From Azolla caroliniana (taxonomy: Eukaryota; Plantae; Polypodiophyta), in assembly GCA_043228905.1 (NCBI GenBank), contig JBHGNT010000003.1:23808001-23872000 (forward strand): a stretch of DNA of 64,000 nucleotides, given 5' to 3'. Of the stretch, positions 14,610-27,924 are shown piece by piece. Position 1 is the first letter of the stretch. Each line of letters starts with the position of its first letter. Made by a program: the position numbers and the translations under genes. Below the pieces are notes generated by a model that was not told the DNA's origin, searched no databases, and saw only the letters and a program-made list of their open reading frames with translations.

Positions 14610-15855
14610 TCAAAGCATGATCCTCGCTTCACTTCTACAGATGGGGCACATAGGGCTCCTATCCATCCAGTCAAGGATACACTCAAGATGGAAATGATGC
14701 CCGCAGCTCGTCTTCGTCTGTGGGTTCTCCACGTCGAAAACTATGATTAAGTTAAGCACCAATGTATTAGTATTGACTTAAGTAAAACCACTACAGCCAA
14801 ACTTAACCACATTTAGTAGCTTTGTTGGCATGCGAAGTAGTGTTGAGATGATTACCTTCATAGCATATAGGGCATACATTGGATTCATCGTCTATGTAAG
14901 ATGTGTTATGGTTATGAGCATTGGCCATTGAGGCGGCGAGAGCTTTCTCAAAACATGTTTCATGTGGAATTAATCCATATGTTGATGAAAATGATCCTGA
15001 TCCTGGTGATGGATATGCGGTGTTCTGAGTCGATATTCTTGTAGAAGATGATGAAGATGATGCAAGGGATGGATATGCCGCATTGTAGGTTGAGGTTCTT
15101 GTATGGACATTGTTCTGAAGAGCTTGCAGATACGACATTGTGGTCAATAATGTCGCAGTTGCAGAATATTCAGGAATCTCATGGACTATATTCGTACATC
15201 CAGGATGGAGGCTGAAGTTGCAAGGCTTACAGTGGTAGTGCAGTCCCAGCACGATCCGTCGTTGGCATTGAGAGCATTGTCTGGGCCTAAGGTCCTGACT
15301 GGTAGGATCATATGTGATGAGCAGTGGATGTATCGGGTGATCCGGGTGCAAGATCTGGTCATTCAGGGAGGCACAAAACTGATGGAAATGGTGTTGATCG
15401 CAAACTGTGCAGGCATAACAGAAGTGGTGCAATGGGAGCTTGCAGGCCTGGCAAGGAATGGTGGTAGTGTCGTTGGGGAACCAGGTGAGCTGAAGAGGAT
15501 GCTGATGCGCCATGCGATGCATGATGAATCGCGGGGCCCTTGCACAGGTAGGGTGAAGATTAAAGCCGCAAATCTCACATCTGTAGAAGAATCCATGGAC
15601 CTTCAGGCCGCAGCTATGGCAAGTGTGGCGATTGTCAGTGCTATGGCGGCGATTGAGGGAGTGCTCGCTGTGGCTGAAGTGGTCTTCTACATCCAGATTC
15701 GCGGCACAAGCAGGGTGGACATCAAAGCTGCAATGTGAGCAATGGTAGAGCGGGCCATGGCCGATCTCTCGGCACACATTGCATCTAAAGCGATGATTAG
15801 GTTCATGCAGAGCCGCAGCCAGGAGAGAGAGCTTGTGAAGATGAGGAGGTGCCAT
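14610..15855 (-). CDS. DC1 (C1-like Cys/His-rich) domain array + C-terminal RING-H2 protein, paralog 1; exons 15855-14856, 14740-14610
   Basis: Four H..CxxC..YxCxxCxFxxHxxC repeats; after the 115-nt intron: CPICYE-VFDVENPQTKTSCGHHFHLECILDWMDRSPMCPICR. Confidence 0.88.
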
Positions 15856-15887
15856 TTACTTGCTGGGAGGTAGTGCTGCAGAAGTGT

Positions 15888-15971
15888 ATTAATTAAGTGG
15901 ATTTAGAGATTAATTAAGTGGACATAGAGATCAATTAAGTGGACATAGAGATTAGTTAAGTGCACATAGAC
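15888..15971. repeat. 4 x 21-bp tandem repeat just upstream of DC1-RING paralog 1
   Basis: attaattaagtggacatagag-like units in tandem. Confidence 0.85.
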
Positions 15972-18935
15972 TCGATTAATGTATGTTTCATATGACTGAG
16001 GAGATTAATGTATATTTCTTATATTTGATGGAGAGCCCTAAGGTCTAACCATGGCTGTGAATTGACGGCTCTTTTACCTGTAATTCCCTGCAAAAAAACA
16101 CAGTAATATTGAGGTGTAAACAAAATGAAGACGTGAAGGTGGACTGTAAAATTTATGATTATTACCCTTGATTTCGAAGGCCATATCTTATTACATATGA
16201 ATTTCACCAAATATAGCAATTAAGCAGCAGCAAGGTGAAACACCTTGAGGGCTGCATCCAATTAATGTTTTCTTCTTTATTCATTAACTGTACATAAAAT
16301 TAAAATTTACAGACAAACAAACAATCCATTGGAAATCAAAATTCCAAAAAGAGATTTTTAATCAATTCTATAATTCTATTGAAAGATAACTAGCCAACTG
16401 AGTATGCCAACATCCCAACAAATTCCCAGCCTTTGATAGTAACTATTCTGAAGATTTGTTTTTGGAAAAAAAAAACTATTCTGAAGATTAAATGCTGCCT
16501 AGTCTACTTACCATGTGATATACCTTCACTGACCCATAGGCACAAGACATGCCCAACAAAAATTCAAAGTATATAAACCTCTAGAAATGTCCTCTTCTGG
16601 AAGTCCTCTCGCTTTTACTCTACATATATCATCTTGTGGAATCGTGTTTTCGATATATCTATCGAATGTTAGGTGTTCATCACTCTTATTAACGATGTCA
16701 CCCCTACTACATATGTGTGCAAGTTGTAGTCCATTGACAAAGCTTTTAAATAAAAGCTAATGAATCCATGGTTTTCTCCATTGGAGTAGTCAGGCACACA
16801 CTCTTTGTCACTTGACTTGACCTAGGGAAAATCTTCCTTTCCTCTCTTATATTGTTATAATAAATAATAATCTAATCGGTGCCTCAATGGAGGCTTAATA
16901 ATTCAACCTAATATTTGGCATGTAACAACACGCACAAAAAAACACACCGCACGTCAATTGGTGAAACGAAACCATAGATCACATACAAAAATATTAGTGT
17001 GCGGCTTAAAATAAAGCACTTAACATTGGATCTCATGAAAAGTGAGGGACGAGATAAATAGATAGATAGATATGTTTTTAACAACCAAGGGAGATGCAAT
17101 GCGATCTATGGGGTGGGAACAAGCCCAAGAGAGGGAGAGAGAAAAGCTCTAGCCTAAATATCAAGGAATAATGAGGAATAAAAAACATTCATAAGGTTTT
17201 GGTTCTTTTCACACACGTGTGGCAATAACAAGGCTTTGGATTGTCTAGCTTTTCATCTTGTGCCCTCTCCACTTGCACCTAGACTTGGATACTTGGTACC
17301 AATTTAAATATAATAGTTGGGTTGTGAAATGTTTGATAGGTACTTAACACACTTTCATGGGAAAGTAGAAAAAGGAGAAGAAAGTGTCGATGCAATTATA
17401 AGTTGCTTGTTTCAAAAGATCGATTCATGGTCAAATGAAAAATAATGTCTTCTATTGTCTACTTCAAACACATTTTCATTGTGATTGGTTGTTTATATAG
17501 AAAAAGACGCCCCAAAAAACTAAAGAGTCTCATGAGAGAGTATATGTGATTAGCACCTAACAATGTTAAATGTAGAGTGCCCATTCTTCTTCATCTTCAT
17601 CTTCATCATGTGAAAATATCCATCTTATCATTCATCTATTATTTGCCATATGAATGCTTGCTTACATGATTGCAACCATGGAAGAAAACCACATCTCTTA
17701 ATAGATATAGTCCAATATTTAGAGTAGATTTTTGTGCTTGTTAAAGAGAATTTCACATATTGTCTAATATATGTATTTAAGAAACCCCTTTGCTGTTGGA
17801 AATTTTGAAATGTTAGCTCTCCTAGAGAACAAGGTTGTCCCTCTGCTTTTATATTCGCTCACACCGACAACTTTATTGTCTTCTCACATAATTAAATGTA
17901 AACATAGTTATCACATCACTTACACACAATCATTTATATGGTTACCATAAAATCCATACTAATGGTTATGGTAATCTCAAGAATAGGCCTTCTTATCTCA
18001 TGCTTGATAGTGGTACTGTTAAGGCGAATTTCTTCTCTCTAATGACGACTTTATAATATTGATTGCCTAGCTACGTAGAGATGAGGTATTGCACTTGATA
18101 TGATTTCATGGTAGCATATTACAACTCTCAAACTTACATGTTACTTATGTTGCCATTCGAGTGTGGCCATCCTTTACAATCCCATCAATCATAACCATGC
18201 TTTTGTAATTCAATGCTTGTATAGTCATGAAAGCATGATATGTGTAATCCACTCCAGTTACGATGATGACATAATGTTATTCCATGATTCCTGCATTCGA
18301 ATGCTTCTTCGTAATAACTTTTTAACTATACATGGATTTTCATGTATTTTATGTCGTCTTTTAGAATTCATGAGTTAAAAATGTTGGCAAACATCCCATG
18401 TTTTCTACGACACGGGGAGAGCTCATTCCATTTGCAATGGTTCATTCCAAGCAAAGACATTTAGTGGAAGCAACCAAGAGAGTTTTTTAGATGAAGATGT
18501 ATTGATGTCTTCTCTCATAGAGTCAAATATTACCCATGACTTATCTAGGCCAAACAAGAATCCCACTCCTTTGACAAGTTGGAATCATAAGTTATTATCT
18601 AAAGCATGTGACGTTGATGGAGCTTTAAGATGCATCATTAAGTATATTGGCAACCTTCATAAGGTCACACTCTTACATGACACACAAGGATACCCAAAAT
18701 AATTGATCATGCACTTCAAGTTGCTATTGATATCACTAATAACTAGCATAACTTGGTCCCAATCTTAACGATGCACGACAAAGACTTTATATGTTTGCTT
18801 ACGTGTTATCGATTATACATTATAATCAATTGATTCTTGCAAACGTTGTCCTTGTGCTTACTACCAAGTACTCGAAATAGCAAGTGGCCCCACTTGTGTC
18901 AATTTGTTGATTTGACGGTTAAAATTGGAGAATCG

Positions 18936-19212
18936 TGACCCCAAGGGGTATATCTTGGTCTTATAATGGATGCATATTGAATCCAATATTCAACACCCAT
19001 CCACAAAAAAAACTAATTCAAACCAAAAACTACCTTAAGAAATGTGTAGATAAACGACATACGAAGCCAATATGCTAACCCATGACCCAACCCCCAAGGG
19101 TATTTCTTGGGCTTATCATGGATGCATATTTGATCCAATAGACAACACCCAAAATCACGAATTACCCTAAGAAATGTGTAGACAAACGACATACAAAACC
19201 CAATATGTTAAT
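18936..19212. repeat. Diverged ~140-bp tandem duplication upstream of DC1-RING paralog 2
   Basis: ccaagggta..cttgg.ctta..atggatgcatatt and taagaaatgtgtaga.aaacgacatac each occur twice. Confidence 0.75.
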
Positions 19213-19522
19213 GCAAAATGCAGTCAGGGATCTGCAAGTGATACACCAAATCAAAACATCAAATGCAATCCTTACACACATGCCAAATCAATGGAAGGTA
19301 AACAACATAACTAACAAATTAAAAGCTACAAAAGCTTTGAAATAACTGTATATTGATTTGATCATAACAAAACCAGAGACATGTATATAAATAGCATATA
19401 TGAAAAAAGGCAGCCTTCAAAAAAACAGAGTAAATCAGAAGCTAAGAGTTTAGAAAGGAAAGGAGAGAATTAATAGCCTGCCAGAGAACAGGGGATTTGG
19501 CATTAAGCTGAATTAAGCTCCC

Positions 19523-20706
19523 ATGGCACCCCTTCTTCACAGATTATCTCTACTTGACATTCCTCCATATCCACCAAACCATATCTTTACCTGCAACCTC
19601 TGCAGAGAAATAGGTCATGGCCCTCTCTATCATTGCTCCCTCTGCGACTTTAATCTTCACCGTTCCTGTGCTGCCACTTCCGAAGTACAAGATCACTTCA
19701 GTCATGACCGACACCCTCTTCATCTCACACGATGCTGCACCGAGCGTACATGCGATGGATGTGGTCTAGATATCTGTACATACTCGTACGCATGCGAGGA
19801 ATGCGAGTTTGATCTTCACCCTACATGTGTGAAGGCACCAAGATTCATTATCCATCCTTTGCATCGACACCATCCTCTTGCTCTCAAATCGTTTGATACT
19901 TATTTAGGATCAGAGAATGGAGAGGCAATCATACCAATGTTTTGTGATTCTTGCAAGATGCCACTGCACCATCAATGCTATGCCTGCACCATTTGTAAAG
20001 ATTTTTACCTCCATCAGTTTTGTTCCACAATCAGTGTTAAAAACTTGGATTGTAACCTTGGTCTTAAAGATCCTAGTTGTTTGGACATAATTCATGAGGT
20101 TCCGGAATATTCTGCCATGGAGTCAAGAATATCCTCAATCAATTTTTGTAACCAAGAAGCTCTCGTGCAAAACAATGCTACAACAAGAAGAACGACCCAC
20201 AAAGCCACAACTCCACCATCATCAACATACCTATCATCATTGCCATCACCATCATCAAAAACCTACACATACAGGCCGCTTCGACCAAACTTGCGAGGTC
20301 ATATTTTAGAAGGTTTGGAGGCGCCTAGCCTCAGAGACATAGAATTAGCTGAGAACGTCCTTCAATTCGCACGACATCTCAGAATTTCCATGTGCACCAA
20401 CAGTAATAATGTTACTGCTCAAGTTAATGAAATCCCTATCAATGATGAACCTGATGTTTGTCCCACATGCTTGGAAGGTAATGTTCATCTCAAATTTTGG
20501 ACCCAGCTACATATATGTGTGTAAGATTCAAGGTAGCAGTTTTGCTTAGTACTAAATGCTTACATAATTTGGCAGGGTTTGGGGTAGAAAACCCTAAGAT
20601 GAGTACAAGATGTGGACATGATTTCCATCTTGAGTGTATGCTCAAATGGATGGATAGGAGCTCCCTATGTCCCATTTGTAGGTGTGAAGTGAGAATCGTG
20701 ATTTGA
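19523..20706 (+). CDS. DC1 domain array + RING-H2 protein, paralog 2; exons 19523-20477, 20576-20706
   Basis: Three intact DC1 repeats (fourth largely deleted); 98-nt GT-AG intron; CPTCLEG-FGVENPKMSTRCGHDFHLECMLKWMDRSSLCPICR. Confidence 0.88.
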
Positions 20707-21842
20707 TTTTAATGGTGTTGTAGAGAAGGTTGGCCATGTGTCAAAAGCATTCCTTGAATGCATGCCAATAACCATGTGCACAGGGGATAACATCTTTACT
20801 ATCGAGGGAGAAATTCGTGATTATGAAGTGAATCTGATAATCAAGGTTTCGTTTCATACCATATCACATGCCCTGCCCTTGCCTTGCAATGGATGGACAT
20901 AATACATCGATGGGAACTTCTGCATTGTTCTTTTCATGAAATTCTGTTATAGAAGATGTAAAATAATGTTGTTTCACAGCAATGACTCTGATTGATCCAT
21001 GGACGAAGATAGAGAATACCCTGGAAAGGTTATGCTAGCTAAGAGTCAAGATGTCAGTTTATTGGAAATACTCTTTGTATGATTAGTGTGGCAGGAGGAT
21101 ATTAAGTCGTGTGAATCCTGATGACAAACTCCCTAATATGTTCAAATCAGCTGGCTTTTCAAAGTGTTTATATCCTTTATATTGGCCCGTCTTTTGGTAT
21201 CCCACAGATTAAACTCAATGACTTGTACGGTGTCATAAAAGTCTTTAAGAAAGATGCATTTTCTTATGCTATTATTCAGAAATGCTGTGCCATGAAAAAC
21301 TTACTATGTGTTTTCTAAAAGAGACTTCCATTTTCATGGTCTTTGGAATTTCCTTGGGATAGATGAAGCTGATAAAGAATTGGAAGACGATTTCTGATGG
21401 AGGTTGTGCATCTCAATGTTGTAGCATGTATTCTTTGCTTTATTAAATTTACATTCTTTTTACAAAGAGAAACTTCTGAGCGCATATCTTGGCTTATCAT
21501 TTTGTATATAACTATTGTCCAAATGCACCAAAACAAGCAAATGTGGTAATATAAACAAAATTATGCGGTGGCATCACGGGACTCCAGAGATAGTGGAATC
21601 ATTGCTAAGTCCAAGGTCTAACTGCAAGGAAGGTTATATTACAAAGAGAATGTTTGTGTGAGGATTTCCTATCGGGCAAATTGAAGGGTTCATTGTGTAA
21701 ACCTACATCTTAATGGCTTGGAAATTGCATACATTGAAGCAGGAATATGTGGCTGAGAGTTCATAATACGCATGTGCAAATTTATAATATTTTTGTCATC
21801 TCTAAAAAGAAATTTATGTTCTCAAATTTTATGCTGGAACAT

Positions 21843-23063
21843 TCAAAGAATGATTCTCACTTCACTTCTACAAATGGGGCACAGAGGGCTCCGATCCATC
21901 CAGTCAAGCATACACTCAATATGGAAATGATGTCCACAACTTGTACTCGTCATCGGGTTTTGTTCTCCAAATCCTGTCATGTTTAAGAACCAATGTAATA
22001 TTAAGGAAAACAGCATATAATAGCTTGTTGATATGAAAGTAGAGTTGAGGAGATTACCTTCCAAGCATGTAGGGCAGACATCAGATTCATCGTCTATGTG
22101 AGGTGTGTTATTTTTTTTAGCAGTGGACATGGAGGCAGTGAGAACTCTAGCAAAGCGCAACACATTCTCGGCCACTTCTATGTCTCTTTCACTTGGCACA
22201 TTCAAGCCTTGTAAAACATCATCATGTGAATGTGGTTGATGTGGCATCGATCCATATGTTGAGGATGCTGGCACTTGTGATGGATTTGTGGTGTTGTGGG
22301 TAGATATTCTTGTTGGGTCATTGCTTTGAACAGCATGTTGGCGTGTTACTGTCGAGGATGATGTTGATGCTGTTGCAGAATATTCTGGAATCTCATGAAC
22401 TATGTTTAAACATCCGGGATGGAGGCTGAAATTGCAGGCCTCACAATGGTAGTGCGATCCCGCTGCCGCGATTTTTTGTTGGCATCGAGAGCATCGGTGC
22501 TGCCTAAGGCGCTTACTAATAGGATCATGTGTGATCAGCATTAGAGGGTGTATGGGATGATCAGGGTGCAAGATTCTGTTACTCAATGAGGCGCAAAACT
22601 GATGAAAATAGTGTTGATTACAGAAGGTGCACGCATAACATTGGTGGTGTAAGGGGAGCTTGCATTCATCACAAGCAATTGTAGTGCCATTAGGAAACCA
22701 GGTGAGCTGAAGGGGATGCTGTTTATGTGAAGGGTGCATGATGAATCGAGGGGCTCTTGCACATGTAGGGTGTAGATCGAAGTCACATTGTTGACATCTA
22801 TAAGAGACACCATGAACATTCAAGCCACAGCTATCACATCGGTTGTGGCCCGTATGGCACCGATGGAGCGAGTGCTGGCTATGGCTGAAGTGATCTTGCA
22901 CATCCAAGGTTGCAGCACATGACCGATGGAGATCAAAGTTGCAATGGGAGCAATGGTAGAGGGGACCATGGCCTAGCTCACAGCAGAGATTACATACATA
23001 CGTATGAGGGGCTGGGTAGGGAGCCACATCTAGGAGAGTGAGATTGTGAAGATGGGGTGCCAT
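21843..23063 (-). CDS. DC1 domain array + RING-H2 protein, paralog 3; exons 23063-22058, 21973-21843
   Basis: Four DC1 repeats; 84-nt GT-AG intron at the same position as in the paralogs; RING CPTCLEG-FGEQNPMTSTSCGHHFHIECMLDWMDRSPLCPICR. Confidence 0.9.
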   Translation of the reverse strand: MAPHLHNLTLLDVAPYPAPHTYVCNLCCELGHGPLYHCSHCNFDLHRSCAATLDVQDHFSHSQHSLHRCHTGHNRCDSCGLNVHGVSYRCQQCDFDLHPTCARAPRFIMHPSHKQHPLQLTWFPNGTTIACDECKLPLHHQCYACTFCNQHYFHQFCASLSNRILHPDHPIHPLMLITHDPISKRLRQHRCSRCQQKIAAAGSHYHCEACNFSLHPGCLNIVHEIPEYSATASTSSSTVTRQHAVQSNDPTRISTHNTTNPSQVPASSTYGSMPHQPHSHDDVLQGLNVPSERDIEVAENVLRFARVLTASMSTAKKNNTPHIDDESDVCPTCLEGNLLNSTFISTSYYMLFSLILHWFLNMTGFGEQNPMTSTSCGHHFHIECMLDWMDRSPLCPICRSEVRIIL

Positions 23064-23788
23064 TCTCAAGCCAATGGCTTGGTGGGAGGTAGTGCTGAAG
23101 TGTGTGGATTATATGTATACATAAGAGATCAATCTAAGCTTAATATGAATTGGGAAGAAAAAATGAACATTATATCTTTTTCTTCCCTCTCGTTCCCTGT
23201 GTAAGATTTGCTGTATTGACATGCCAAAAAGATAGTGGAGGGAACCTTCTCTACAATGGCCCCAGGTTCTAGCATCTTGACTTGACTAAACTATGTGACC
23301 ATCTAACTTTGATGATCATTACACGCAAATCGTTGATATAAAAAAAGTACCAAGAACAAAAGTAGATCGGGAAATTTCCCTATTGTTAAATCAACAAGAG
23401 TAAAGTAGAGAAGTTGTTTTGTCGTCGGAGTTCTTTAATATTTAGCTGATCATAAGTAATGAATGTAGATGCCAACTAATTAAGTTCGTACTCACCATTA
23501 AGAAATCAACAATAATCATTCTGTAATAATTCTTATTAAATAACATTGGTTGACAACAATAATCATTTTATAATGGTTGTTAACAAACAACATTGGATGA
23601 AAAGAGTAATAACGCGTTGAGGTTGGGAGTCGCCCTATTAGAGCTCCTCAAGAATAATGCTTTGAGAGAGGCCCGAGGGAGAATCATTCAACGTGGGCCT
23701 TTACCAAACATTTTACTAAGCTTAAATGTGGGGAGCATATCAAAATACTATATACAAATGCAATGACAAATCATTATGGTGGAACTTG

Positions 23789-24435
23789 TAGCAATGGGCT
23801 CGGTTCGGTTTTGGTTCGGTTCGGTTTCTTGGCCTTGAAAACAAACCAAACCATTTATTTATAATAAAAACCAAACCAAACCGTTTACGGAAATTTTAGA
23901 ACCAAACCAAATCGGTTTATCATAAATCAAAACCAAACCAAATCATTTTTTTGTGATATTGATTATCATACACATTATGAATCTATGTGAGAAAATCATC
24001 ATAAATTTGATCATCATACTTATTATAAATTTAGTTATCACACTCATTATAAATTTGGTCATCATACCTGTGATAAATTTAGTCATCATAATTATTATAA
24101 TTTTGGTCATCATACTTATCATAAATTTGATAATCATACATCAAAAGGACACTCTACTTATAATGTGTATAAAATTTAATAAGTTAGAGCCTAAAGGTTT
24201 AAAATTAAAAGTTGAAAGTTAGCCTAAAGGTGAAAATTTTAGGAATATTTTTTTACCTATAAACCGTTAAACCTTTAAACCGAAACCGCTAAACCATGAA
24301 ATTCAAAACCAAACTAAACCGGATCATAACATTTGAAACCAAACCAAACGGTTTATTTATTTTTGAACCAATAAACCATTACGCCACGGTTTAACGGTTC
24401 GGTTCGGTTTGAGCCGAAACGGAGGCCCATTGCTA
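23789..24435. mobile_element. Non-autonomous DNA transposon (hAT-like MITE), copy 1
   Basis: 11-bp TIRs TAGCAATGGGC...GCCCATTGCTA; dense subterminal AAACC/CGGTT motifs; internal 24-bp tandem repeats at ~23995-24140. No clean 8-bp TSD seen. Confidence 0.75.
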
Positions 24436-25705
24436 GGTGGAAGTGTAAAGCTATGCCTCACATGTGTCTAATACTATATACAAATGCAATGACAAACAAT
24501 TATGGTGAAAGTGTGAAGCTATGCCTCATTGTAGACGCATGTGAGGCAAGCTAGCATGGCAAAATGATACTTGATGTAGTTAACTTTGGGTCAACCAAAC
24601 TTGGGCGACTAGAATTCGTTGACCCCAATTCCATGGACTTTGTACCATGGGTCCCGTCATTAAAATGTGTTCGAGATAATTTCTCCTTGAAACACAAACC
24701 AATGCACAATAGACTATAGGATAATAAATTATAAGAGAAAGAAGTGATTATAGATGCATTAACGAAATAAATATAGCAATACATAAACCAAAAATATAAA
24801 TAGAATTGTAGAGATAAATTGTATGGCCAGGAAACTTTGTATGTGTGGATAGTACAGATAAGGGCTCCTTATAATTGCGAAAAGCTATTGCATGAGTGCA
24901 ACGTGTTGCACATGTTCACTACCACATAATTTTATTATATGCTCTTCTCTACAAAATCTTTTCTTGGTATTGATATTATGAGAAGTTTATTAGGTTTGAC
25001 AATAAGGCATTTGATTCGAATTTGAAGTTTATAGGTTCAAAGCTCATGAGTTCTTCATGCTTTACATTCCTTTTGCTATCATCAATTGAGAATTGAGCAT
25101 GTAACTTCCAACATTCTCACTCAAGCTCAAGTACTACACAAATTATATTTATTTTAAGTTGATTTGCGATAATATACCAATACTTGCAACAATGGTTCCT
25201 ACATGAACTGAGATAATATACCAATAGTGTTCAAAATATCTAGTTGTATGATTATAGCATATAGCAATGATGCAACAATGGTTCTATATGTACATCTATA
25301 TATTTTGAACTTTATTACCAATATCCGGTTTGAATTTTGCATTTGCATCTAAATTTAGTTGTGATAGTTTACAATGTAACATAGCATGTTTGATGTGTAA
25401 GTTGTAACAAAGGACTTGCTCTTGATTCTTGAAAACTGGCACTTAATAAGCATTTGACTACTTTTTGATACCACGCTCCAAGTGTTTGTTTTAAACCATA
25501 CAATGATTTTCTTAATTTTTAGACATATGATCAGGATAATCACGGTGTACATAACCCTCTGGTTGTTCCTATGTAGATTATCTCTTGTAAATCACCATTT
25601 AGAAGAGCTTTCTTTTACTTCGAATTGGTATAAATTCCATTTTCTACTAGATGAAAGTGAATTTTTTTATCTAATGGTTGACATTCTAGCAACTGGATTG
25701 AATTC

Positions 25706-26261
25706 TGTTGAGAAATCGATGCGGAATAAATCACGATAGACAAATAATGCGTTGAAATACGAATCATAGATCTGCCACAAAAGACAAGATAAAAACAATA
25801 GTACACAGAGATTTACGTGGAAACCCTAAAACGGGGAAAACCACGGGAACAGATTCTTCACTATACAAATAATGGATATACACAAGAGATGATTATAACA
25901 CTCTGTCGAGTGTATCAGCTACACAGGGCTCTTCGCATCTATTGTTACACACAGCTATGGTGCGGCTCTCTCTTCTGTCTCTCTCACGCTCTGTCGTTCT
26001 ATTTTCTACTCAGTTCTAACTCTGTTCATCACACATAAAGTTTGCCCTAGTTGTATATACATATACTTGCACAACTTTCTGGCTAGTTTACATGCGTACT
26101 TAGACTATTTACAAGTATAGTCACCCGAGTTGGCTATTTACACGATTCCGGTTTCGGCCTCGACCGTTCCTCATCAACTCAACTCCTGTTTTCCGACTCT
26201 TCGATTGTTGGCTTTCCGAATAGTCGGATCATCCTCCCACTGGAGGGACATATTCCCAACA
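25706..26261. mobile_element. Solo LTR (556 bp) with 5-bp TSD AATTC, probably Copia-type
   Basis: TGTTG...CAACA termini; aattc at 25701-25705 and 26262-26266; gatttacgtggaaaccc...ggggaaaaccacggg resembles motifs of plant Copia LTRs. Confidence 0.88.
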
Positions 26262-27924
26262 AATTCTCCTCATAATCTAACCCATATTTTTTATCATACC
26301 CTTTAGCTACTAGTCTAGCTTTATGTCTAGAAATTGAACCATCATATTTATATATTTTTCTATTTTAACTACTTGAGAAATATCAACAAAGGGATAAGCG
26401 ATTAATCATATGTTAATCTTCGAACAAGATATCTTACCCTCATGGATCTTCAAGGTAGACGACGTAGTTTCTTTTCCATTAATTTCTCCTCCCGTCTTCT
26501 ATACTTGCTTCTCTATCCATGATTTGATCATATCATCAAAGGTTGTCTCTTTTCCTTTGACATTATTTGTACAGTCATAAAAATTACATCTCTATTAACT
26601 CTTAGTTCTTCCAAGGGCTTACATCATTTGTACATGTAGGATTTGCATACCATGAAGCTAACTCAACAAATTATATCTCTACTAACTCTTAGTCCTTTAG
26701 AAATCGTATTGTAACACGTACCCTTTATGTTCAAGGGAATAACCAAATAATGTACATTCTTCAAAATTTAAATTCAAGATCAGTCCTCAACTCATTTGCA
26801 CATAATTGATACATACATACACAACCAAATATTTTTAGGATAGGGTTGATTAATCTGGCTTTTTACTAGACCATGCTTCCTCTGGCATCAATGACTGCAG
26901 TCCTATAGTTGGGTATCTGTTAACTAGATCAACAAAATGAGGTACATTTTCTCATTTAATATGCATCTTGCAACTTCAGGGATTGTTCTATTTTTTCTCT
27001 CCACAACCCCATGTTGTTGGGTGTATATCTGCATGTGACATGTGAATTGCTTATGAGCTTCACAATTATACAAAAAAATTGAAAACTCCAAGGGAAACCT
27101 CGAGATTTTAATACTTGCATTTGGCTCACTTTTTAATATCTTAAAATAATGGCATACATCATACTCATCTTTGTCCAATTACATCCTTGTAAAATCATCC
27201 ATAAATGTAAACATAACATCGATTACCACCAATAGATACCTCCTTTGTTGGTTCCCATACATCTACTTCTAATAGTTATTCTTTCAAATAGCAATCTAAC
27301 TTGTTTCCCAAATTGACAAGCCTCACAATGAGTTGCAAATTTCCATCTTCAAATTTTGGCAAACCATAAATTAAATCATGTGATTGCGTTTTATTTTATT
27401 TTGTTGGTAACTGGCAATCAATTGAATCCTTGACAAGGATATTCTACAAAGCATCCTCTTACATGCAATCCTTAGAAATGTTAGATTTTTGTAATCGTAT
27501 GTACACGGAATACACAAGACAAGCAATTTCTTAGGTCATGCACTTTGTCAAGGGATATTACCAACATGATCTATACAATGCTTAGTATCATCACCAATTT
27601 GAACATAACCAACGTCTGTAAGTTTCCGAACAAATGTTTATCACAAGACATGATTACTGCATCAATATACCAATTCATCATTATGATCCCACGTAAGACA
27701 TTTGCGATTGTTTTGAATCAAATGTTGAGCCTTGCATGTTTAACTCTTTTGTGATCATAAGAGAAATTACGTGATCAAATCTTGGTATTGCATCTCTAAC
27801 ATAAATAGAAGTAATAAAAGCTTTCCAATTATCATCTTCCCTTAATCCACCCAACATATATGCAACTAAGTAGTCATCATCAACTAAACTTGCAAGTGAT
27901 GTTTTTAAAACGTAATCATTTACT

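Noticed and set aside
15181-15738. 185-aa plus-strand ORF
   Set aside because: Antisense shadow of DC1-RING paralog 1.
23943-24222. Ile/Met-rich membrane-like ORFs
   Set aside because: Products of the 24-bp tandem repeat inside the MITE.
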